The notes beneath the pieces were generated by a model. That model did no database searches and was not told the origin of the DNA. It saw only the letters and a program-made list of their open reading frames with translations. From a virus (Duplodnaviria > Caudoviricetes), in the IMG/VR virus record IMGVR_UViG_3300020202_000076, positions 401-64,400 of that record: 64,000 bases of DNA; one strand, written 5' to 3'. The position numbers and the translations under genes are program-made. Positions within the stretch are counted from its first letter, which is position 1. Every line of letters starts with the position of its first letter. Of this stretch, positions 9,539-15,306 are shown in pieces.

Positions 9539-9779
9539 GAGGTCAGTTAGGTGGGTGTCCTGGTGGAGGGGACCCCATTGCTCGCGAGAGAGTGATCGGC
9601 CCTGGAAAGATCGGGCACTCGCTCCGAGAAGATCAGCTTAGCGCGAATCCCCCGCGACCGCAACATGTCGCGGGCGATTAGCCCATCTGCACAAACTGTT
9701 GTGACCCCGACTCTGAGTCATTGGGCGAGAATTTCCCCCTGATTGACTCAGGAGCCGCGGTCGTTCTCTCATTGTTCCC

Positions 9780-10109
9780 ATGCCCCCGATTGACGGACGC
9801 GCCCGGCCCCTAGCCCACGGGGACCGGCCCAGGAAGAAGGGCGATCTCGTCCGGCTCATCGCCGGGAGCGTCATGCATCGCCTGCCCGAAACCAACCAAG
9901 ACGTAGCTATAGAAGTCGCCGAGCTGGTCTTGCAGGTCTTCGCCGAGAGCGGGCTACGGATCATCTGGCGGCCGAAGCTGCCTCCTACCCGACCGGCCTA
10001 CGTCCCGCCGAAGAGGGGCAAAGGCTCGCGACCCGCCCACTACCCGCTGCCGCGCATGGGGGAGTCGATTGCCGAAGCGCAGGAGAGATTGAAGCGGGAG
10101 AAGGAGTAG
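9780..10109 (+). CDS. Hypothetical IS passenger
   Basis: 109-aa ORF with plausible composition. Confidence 0.5.
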   Translation: MPPIDGRARPLAHGDRPRKKGDLVRLIAGSVMHRLPETNQDVAIEVAELVLQVFAESGLRIIWRPKLPPTRPAYVPPKRGKGSRPAHYPLPRMGESIAEAQERLKREKE

Positions 10110-10202
10110 CGGGCACTTTGGCGCAAACGCCACCTAGCGCATGGGGCGGCGCAACCTTCGACTCCCGGAGGTTGTCGCGGTACACTAGTAGCGGGAGTCG
10201 GA

Positions 10203-10490
10203 ATGGAGGCGCGAGTGGCGAAGTTCGTGATTACCTACGACCTGCGAAAGGTTCGGGACTATGACAAGGTCTACGAACTTCTCGGAAAGTGGAAAGCGGT
10301 CCGAATCCTTGAGTCCGTATGGCTGGCCGGTATTGAGGGCACAGCATCCCAGGTCGTGGACGCGCTACGAAAGCAAGCCGACTTCGACGACGGGCTTGCA
10401 GTAATCCAGCTAAAGAACCCCGGCGACTGGGCCACCGTCGGAGTGGGCGACGCGTCCCTGAAGTGGCTTCGCGCAAACATTGCTCCGTAA
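10203..10490 (+). CDS. Cas2/VapD-like ferredoxin-fold protein (no CRISPR context)
   Basis: FVITYDLRK.RDY..VYE.L..W.AVRILESVW. Confidence 0.65.
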   Translation: MEARVAKFVITYDLRKVRDYDKVYELLGKWKAVRILESVWLAGIEGTASQVVDALRKQADFDDGLAVIQLKNPGDWATVGVGDASLKWLRANIAP

Positions 10491-10607
10491 CTGGGGAGTC
10501 ATCCAAAACTCCTCGCGTATCCTGACGGGCACGCGCAAGACGGCAGCAATCCAACACACGATCTTTGCGCGCATGGCTTAGCCTCCTATCTCCGAAGGGG
10601 ACTCGCG

Positions 10608-10913
10608 ATGAGCTACGCAGCACTGAAGGCCGCAATTCAAAAGCGCCAATCCGTGACGTTTTACGTTCGCGGCAAGGTCCGCCATGTCAGCCCGCACGCC
10701 ATCGGCACGAACAGCAAGGGCGTCGCAAACGTCATGACGTTTCAGTATGCGGGAGACGGCAGTAAGCCGCTGCCCATCGGGGGCGAGTGGCGCTGCTTTG
10801 AGGTAGCGGACGTTTCGGGTGTGCGCGAGAACGGCGATCCGTGGCACACAAACCCGTTCGAGCACTCCGAGCGGAACACCTGCGTTACGCACGTTGATGC
10901 TTCCACGTCCTAA
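10608..10913 (+). CDS. Stand-alone WYL-like domain protein
   Basis: LKAAIQKRQSVTF...G..R.VSPHAIG...WRCFEVADVS. Confidence 0.65.
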   Translation: MSYAALKAAIQKRQSVTFYVRGKVRHVSPHAIGTNSKGVANVMTFQYAGDGSKPLPIGGEWRCFEVADVSGVRENGDPWHTNPFEHSERNTCVTHVDASTS

Positions 10914-11097
10914 GCTCCGGCAGCATCTCGGGCGATAGAGCGGGCCACTCGGCCGCAGCAAATCGCTTAGCCTGATCGGGCGCGTTGCGTCCTAAGAAAA
11001 TCGCCTTCTCGCAGAGGCCGTCGTCCTGGGGGTCGATGTGCTCGACCGCCCAAGCAACCTCGCCAGCATCGAAGGGGTAGATCGCAACCCAGGCCAT
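10885..11097 (-). CDS. Hypothetical IS passenger
   Basis: WAVEHID..DDG.CEKAIF.G..A...A..FA pattern. Confidence 0.55.
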   Translation of the reverse strand: MAWVAIYPFDAGEVAWAVEHIDPQDDGLCEKAIFLGRNAPDQAKRFAAAEWPALSPEMLPELRTWKHQRA

Positions 11098-11154
11098 GGG
11101 CCACCTTGAAACTGCAATTGCAGTTACAGTACCATAGGGCTTCGGTTGTGTCAG

Positions 11155-11349
11155 CTACCTAATGCCGAACTTATGGCGCGGCGGGATCTTGGTCGGGTTC
11201 TCGGCATAGCCGTGCAGCTCTAGCGTCCGGTCTATCGCCCGCAGATCGGCTAGGAGCTTGTCCAACTCGACCTGCGCCTTGCGGACCAGGCCCGACACGT
11301 CCGCCCGCTTCCTGACCAGAGCCTCTACGACCAACGAATGCTCAGGCAT
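11155..11349 (-). CDS. Short paralogue of the N-terminal half of the 8772-9218 protein
   Basis: ALVRKRADVSG...DLRAIDRTLEL aligns with GLVDKRREIAG...DLDHVDAAIRL; GGAGG SD. Confidence 0.6.
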   Translation of the reverse strand: MPEHSLVVEALVRKRADVSGLVRKAQVELDKLLADLRAIDRTLELHGYAENPTKIPPRHKFGIR

Positions 11350-11434
11350 GCATCCCTCCATTGCTGGAGGGGCAAGTTAGCCGCTCATGCCGCTAATGGG
11401 TTGACGGGCTTGGTGGCCCTTGCGCCAAGATACC

Positions 11435-11527
11435 GCTGTGTCGCCTTAAACTTGACGCTCCTAAGCTCTTGCAGAGCCGGAGGCGAGCGGCCCTGCAAAA
11501 GCCGGTACTCAAGCCCGGCCCGCAGCT
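11435..11527 (+). ncRNA. tRNA-like structured element 1
   Basis: 5' GCTGTG pairs with 3' CGCAGC; T-arm-like GCCGG-TACTCAAGC-CCGGC stacks on it. Shares GCCCGGCCCGCAGC with element 2. Confidence 0.4.
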
Positions 11528-11628
11528 AATAACCATCTGTTGCACCACCGACATCGTGTCGGCGAGGACAGAGGTAGGGCGGCTCAGCCTCAGCCGACGC
11601 AAGCCGGGGCACTGAAGCGGAGACGACG

Positions 11629-11784
11629 ATGGCACACTACAAGCGGCGCAAGCGGAAGAACGCCCGAGGCGGTTGCCTGATGTGCAAGCCATGGAAGGTC
11701 AACGGCGCCAAGCGGCAGTGCGAGCACATCTCAGCGGCGCGTGTGCGCGAGTGGACCAAGGCGCAGATGGCTGACGCGCGTTAA
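11629..11784 (+). CDS. 51-aa basic CxxC peptide (absent from the ORF track)
   Basis: GGAG SD; MAHYKRRKRKNARGGCLMCKPWKVNGAKRQCEHISAARVREWTKAQMADAR*. Confidence 0.7.
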   Translation: MAHYKRRKRKNARGGCLMCKPWKVNGAKRQCEHISAARVREWTKAQMADAR

Positions 11785-11885
11785 TCTCCCGCGACGAGCG
11801 CTGAAGACGGCGGCCGGTCTCGCTGGCGGCCGGAGCCACTTCCAATCGTCGGAACCCTCAATTACCCCTCACCGTTCCCATATCC

Positions 11886-12206
11886 ATGACCAAGGAAGAG
11901 GAACGCCTGAGAGGTGGTATCATAGGGGCTATCAATGCCCTTGGTGCTCCCGACTGGGATTCCGTCAAAGCCCAGTTCCCGTCAGGCGGGGACCACACCG
12001 AGCGGATGATCGACCGGCTCCTCGATCACCTGCGGACGCTCGTAGGGAAGAAACCCCTGACCAGACCCGGGAAAGCCGGAACCTACATCGCAGCGATAGA
12101 CGAGCAGATGGACAGGCTCCTGGCGGAAACGGAGTTCGTCAGAGAGACCTGGAACGACCCGCCGATGAAGACCTTCAAGCCGGGGAAGAAGAAGCGGCGG
12201 AGGTGA
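11886..12206 (+). CDS. Hypothetical protein, paralogue of 47409-47813
   Basis: Shared R..IIGAIN.L...P.GG...ERM...L.DHLR...G; basic C-terminal tail KPGKKKRRR. Confidence 0.65.
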   Translation: MTKEEERLRGGIIGAINALGAPDWDSVKAQFPSGGDHTERMIDRLLDHLRTLVGKKPLTRPGKAGTYIAAIDEQMDRLLAETEFVRETWNDPPMKTFKPGKKKRRR

Positions 12207-12214
12207 GGGGATTC

Positions 12215-12223
12215 TGGTAAAGT
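12215..12223 (+). promoter_or_regulatory. Putative extended -10 promoter
   Basis: TG-G-TAAAGT; the predicted +1 falls on G12230, the first base of element 2. Confidence 0.4.
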
Positions 12224-12229
12224 AGGGTC

Positions 12230-12321
12230 GTTGCGGCGGTGAGCGTTAGGGTCCCGCTGACGAGCGGATGAGATCTCAAAGCCGAGGTCGACTTGCCGGG
12301 GTTCGCGCCCGGCCCGCAGCA
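12230..12321 (+). ncRNA. tRNA-like structured element 2
   Basis: 7-bp acceptor-like stem GTTGCGG/CCGCAGC; T-arm-like GCCGG-GGTTCGCGC-CCGGC; internal hairpins. No canonical anticodon arm and no CCA. Confidence 0.5.
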
Positions 12322-12345
12322 TCGGCCCCCGAGGCCGCTACCAGT

Positions 12346-12375
12346 GAAAGCCGCTGTCTTCGGATGGCGGCTTTC
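12346..12375 (+). terminator. Strong hairpin (terminator/attenuator-like) just upstream of the RF gene
   Basis: GAAAGCCGCTGTC-TTCG-GATGGCGGCTTTC, 13-bp stem with a cUUCGg loop; short U tract. Confidence 0.55.
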
Positions 12376-12398
12376 GCGCAAGAGATAGGAGAAGGTCG

Positions 12399-13091
12399 AT
12401 GAAGTACACGCTCGAAATCAGACCGGCCGAGGGCGGCGATGACGCCAAGCTCTTTGTCCACGACCTCGTGAGCGCCTATTCGCGGACCTTCCTCAAGCTC
12501 GGCTGAAAGCACCGGGTCGTGCGACAGCGCGCGGCCCCTATCGGATTCTTCGACGCCACCCTGGAAGTCGAGGGCGACAGTCGCTTGGAGGCCGAAGCCG
12601 GCGGCCATCGCATCCAGCGCATTCCGCCGACCGAGCGGCGCGGGCGCGTCCACACCTCAACCTGTACCGTCGCTGTGCTCGGCAAAGCCGCCGAGGCGGA
12701 CCCGCGCTACCTGATGCGCGCGGACGGTGATTTCCGGGTCGAGTGGTTCAGCGGCACCGGCAAGGGCGGTCAGCACCGCAACAAGCATCAGAACTGTTGC
12801 CGGCTGTTCCACAATCCCACGGGCATCAAGAAGGAAGCCCAGACCCGATCGCGCGAAAGCAGCCTCAGAGAGGCGCGGGCGGCGATGATCGCGGAGCTAG
12901 ACCGGCGGATTGCTGGCGAACAAGAAGCGGTCCTGTCGGACACCCGACGCGGCCAGATGGGCTCCGGCATGAGAGGCGACAAGGTGCGGACCTATCGGTT
13001 CCAGGACGACGTGGTGAAGGATCACCGAACCGGCCGCACCGCCTCGTGCGAGAAGATGATGCGCGGGAACATGGACGCGATCTGGGGCTGA
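12399..13091 (+). CDS. Domain-1-less RF1-like peptide chain release factor with an in-frame UGA at codon 36
   Basis: AGGAG SD and ATG at 12399: MKYTLEIRPAEGGDDAKLF...KLG*KHR (TGA 12504-12506). Same frame continues EAGGHRIQRIPPTERRGRVHTSTCTVAV...GKGGQHRNK...GSGMRGDKVRTYRF. Confidence 0.88.
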
Positions 13092-13238
13092 GCCTCCCGC
13101 GACGGGCTCAAGCGACAACGGCAGCAGGAGGCGGGTGACGGAGCCACAAATGATGGCGGACTTAACACGTCACCAGAACGTGTTAGCGATCTGACGAAAA
13201 ACAAACGCATCACCCCGCATTCGCCCTACCGGTGTCCC

Positions 13239-13448
13239 TCAGCGCGGCGCCTTGAAGCAACCAAGCCTCAAGCCGAACTCGTTGTGCGCCAGGATCGCAT
13301 CCTCGGTCGGCCGTGTAAGCACGTCTTCCTTGCTGAGCAGGATGGGGCGGAACCCGGCGCAGTTATCTCTTACTCCAGCGGTCGCGCATCCGTTGATGCT
13401 GAACAGGATCGGCAGCAGCGACAACCGCATCCACTTCCCTGCGGACAT
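13239..13448 (-). CDS. o-spanin (Rz1-like lipoprotein)
   Basis: Lipobox-like LLPILFSINGC; overlaps the i-spanin in the lysis cassette. Confidence 0.7.
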   Translation of the reverse strand: MSAGKWMRLSLLPILFSINGCATAGVRDNCAGFRPILLSKEDVLTRPTEDAILAHNEFGLRLGCFKAPR

Positions 13449-13587
13449 GTTCGGCCTCCTGGGTTTTGGATAGGTCGGCGAGCTTCTGTTCGTCCCGCCC
13501 CGCCTGTCGGTCGCGCTCGCGGCTGAGCCATGCGAGGACGAGGTTGAACGCCTCGACAAGCCCGGCCGCGAGTTTGGCGAAGGTCAC
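13363..13587 (-). CDS. i-spanin (Rz-like)
   Basis: GTG start; N-terminal hydrophobic helix, then a charged helical region. Confidence 0.65.
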   Translation of the reverse strand: MTFAKLAAGLVEAFNLVLAWLSRERDRQAGRDEQKLADLSKTQEAEHVRREVDAVVAAADPVQHQRMRDRWSKR

Positions 13588-13751
13588 TCGCGATCCTTCA
13601 TGAAGAAGGCGGCGAGGCCGGCAACACCGGTCAGAACCTGGATGACCATGGTCCACGCCTCGGGCGCGACCTGGAGGCCGAAGATGCCCATGAGGGCCGC
13701 GAGACCCGCATAGCTCGACGGCTCACGAAGGCGATCGACCAGATAATTCAT
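13584..13751 (-). CDS. Holin-like two-TM protein (55 aa, absent from the ORF track)
   Basis: MNYLVDRLREPSSYAGLAALMGIFGLQVAPEAWTMVIQVLTGVAGLAAFFMKDRE*. Confidence 0.75.
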   Translation of the reverse strand: MNYLVDRLREPSSYAGLAALMGIFGLQVAPEAWTMVIQVLTGVAGLAAFFMKDRE

Positions 13752-13766
13752 GTCATGCTCCTATGC

Positions 13767-13979
13767 TCAATGCCCGGTGCCGCCGGGTGCGGTCAGCTCT
13801 TCGATTTCTTGTAGCTTGGCCTTCAATCGGAGAATGGATGCGAGGTGCCCAACGCGCGTCGTGCGCAGGCTGTCGACGATGGCCTGATTGCGACTGTGGT
13901 CGAGCATTGCTTGCTTCACCTCGTCCGCCTGCTGGCGATAGAAGGCGATCTCGCTTCGAATGAAGTCGGCTTCGCTCAT
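13767..13979 (-). CDS. Hypothetical coiled-coil protein in the lysis cassette
   Basis: ATGA-coupled to the endolysin; MSEADFIRSEIAFY... Confidence 0.55.
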   Translation of the reverse strand: MSEADFIRSEIAFYRQQADEVKQAMLDHSRNQAIVDSLRTTRVGHLASILRLKAKLQEIEELTAPGGTGH

Positions 13980-14419
13980 CCTGTTTCCATCATCTTCGCC
14001 AGACGCTCGCACCGTGCCGGCGTCTGCTGAGCCCACGCTGAATCGCGCATCTCGCGAGCCGCATCGGTGAAGTCCATGCGCCGGATCGCGGCGAGGAACT
14101 TGACGAACTTCGACACCCCGCCCCATCCCATCTGGTAGACCATGCTCATCAGCACGATCTGCCTGACCTCGGAGAGGGATCGCCAGCCAAGCAGGTTCCG
14201 ATCAAGCGCCTCCTCCGCGTGCTTCAGCGGTTGTTCGGAGAGGTAGACCGCCTCTTCCCTGGTGAGCGGATAGACGTCGAGAGCTCGGCCGATTCCGATG
14301 GTGGGGTGTCCCTCGACGACGCTGCCCTTACGGATAGTCTTGCCCGTTGCATCGTCGTAGAGGTCGAGGCGCAGCCCCTCGTCCTTGATCAGCAGATCGA
14401 GCATCGCGGCGCGGTTCAC
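13976..14419 (-). CDS. Endolysin, T4-lysozyme-like (GH24)
   Basis: DEGLRLDLYDD.TG...PTIGIGR...MVYQMG..GV.KF...AA.EM.DS.WA.QTP.R..RL..MM.TG. Confidence 0.9.
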   Translation of the reverse strand: MNRAAMLDLLIKDEGLRLDLYDDATGKTIRKGSVVEGHPTIGIGRALDVYPLTREEAVYLSEQPLKHAEEALDRNLLGWRSLSEVRQIVLMSMVYQMGWGGVSKFVKFLAAIRRMDFTDAAREMRDSAWAQQTPARCERLAKMMETG

Positions 14420-14595
14420 TTCAGCACCGCCTTGAGCACGGCGAGCACAGGTTCGGACGTGGCGCCCAAGGCAATGAGCACCGCGTACATCAGGTATTCG
14501 AGGCGCTTCAGGCGATCTTCCATCGCCTTGTAGCGGAGCGCGCACAGGTCGACATGCGCCGGGAGGGAGTCCCGCTCGGAGGGGGAGCCGGTCAT
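14416..14595 (-). CDS. Small coiled-coil plus TM protein (holin/XhlA-like)
   Basis: HVDLCALRYKAMEDRLKRLE followed by a hydrophobic helix. Confidence 0.6.
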   Translation of the reverse strand: MTGSPSERDSLPAHVDLCALRYKAMEDRLKRLEYLMYAVLIALGATSEPVLAVLKAVLK

Positions 14596-14729
14596 CAGAG
14601 CCCCACCGCCCACCGGCCAGACACCACCCCCTGGAACAGGCCAGGGGACATGACGGCCGTGTCGAACATGAACTGCTTGGTGATCAGGAGGGCGACCACG
14701 AGGCAGAGGAAAAGGCAGAACCAGCGCAT
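14595..14729 (-). CDS. Small membrane protein
   Basis: MRWFCLFLCLVVALLIT...; TAATG/TGATG coupling. Confidence 0.45.
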   Translation of the reverse strand: MRWFCLFLCLVVALLITKQFMFDTAVMSPGLFQGVVSGRWAVGL

Positions 14730-15073
14730 TACACGCCCCCCGCCGGACGGATCAGGCACTTGACCTTGGGGAAGGTCGCCGCCGGACGGCACCACCAGAA
14801 GAACTGATCCCGGCTCATGTGAAGGTCGGGGTCGCCCTCCATGAAGACCTGGCCGGTCGAGATGATCTCCCACCCGCCCCGGATCGGGCGCACGGCCGTC
14901 AGGGGCACCCGCTCACAGTCATGGATTCCGCAGCAATAGGAGAGCTTTGGGTCGTCCGCGATCCATTGCGCGTCGCCATGCGCCAGGGCCGGGGAAGCCA
15001 GAAACAAAATGAGCAAACAGACGCCAAGACTCTTTCCGACCGATCTGTTTAGACTTTCGACGGCTCGCGACAT
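14729..15073 (-). CDS. Secreted Cys-rich hypothetical protein
   Basis: Signal peptide (LLILFLASPALAH); CCG..DC...S.D.FFWWC...C. Confidence 0.65.
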   Translation of the reverse strand: MSRAVESLNRSVGKSLGVCLLILFLASPALAHGDAQWIADDPKLSYCCGIHDCERVPLTAVRPIRGGWEIISTGQVFMEGDPDLHMSRDQFFWWCRPAATFPKVKCLIRPAGGV

Positions 15074-15306
15074 GGACTGAATCTCCTGTCGTGGGTGGCT
15101 GTCCCTTTCGGGGGGTAGTCGCGGCCGGGGCGCGCTGCCGTGAGAAGTCGCGCGCTCCGGTCGCCGAGGCTTCGACGACTCCGTGATAGGTGCGGGGCGC
15201 CTGCAGAGAGGGGCCGCAGACGCCCCGCGTCGCGCTCAACCCGGGGTGAACGGGGAGCGCGAACCGTGCTAGGGTTAGGCAATGACCAACGGGTTCGGGA
15301 TCGGCG

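Larger units (their letters stand above)
6470..11435. mobile_element. IS1595-family (ISNha5-type, CGG ends) transporter IS with passenger genes
   Basis: 26-bp terminal inverted repeats matching 22/26: CGGTCTTTTGGTGCAAAGGCCACCAA (6470-6495) and the reverse complement of 11410-11435, CGGTATCTTGGCGCAAGGGCCACCAA. They enclose an IS1595 transposase. Confidence 0.85.

Noticed and set aside
10203-10490. CRISPR-Cas locus
   Set aside because: No repeat-spacer array or cas1 anywhere in the window; the dispersed motifs are not tandem.
11469-11527. Twister ribozyme (CCGGT...AAGCCCGG resembles the P4 loop)
   Set aside because: The loop is 1 nt longer, and I could not place the UAA cleavage-site strand or the T1 partner.
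12230-12321. Bona fide opal-suppressor or Sec tRNA
   Set aside because: TCTCAAA is not enclosed by a paired anticodon stem, the D-arm and T-loop are non-canonical and there is no CCA. Kept only as tRNA-like.
12207-12345. tmRNA (GGGG.ATTCTGG resembles its 5' end) or hammerhead ribozyme (CTGACGA at 12257)
   Set aside because: No G3-U70 acceptor, tag ORF or matching 3' end; CTGACGA is not followed by a stem II closed by GAAA.
12495-12510. prfB-type +1 frameshift at the internal stop
   Set aside because: Context is GGC TGA A, not CTT TGA C, and the downstream RF sequence is in the same frame, so no shift is needed.
12399-13091. Calling the RF PrfH or ArfB
   Set aside because: It has RF1-type HRIQRIPPTE..GRVHTS domain-2 motifs, which ArfB lacks and PrfH does not share; no rtcB is adjacent.
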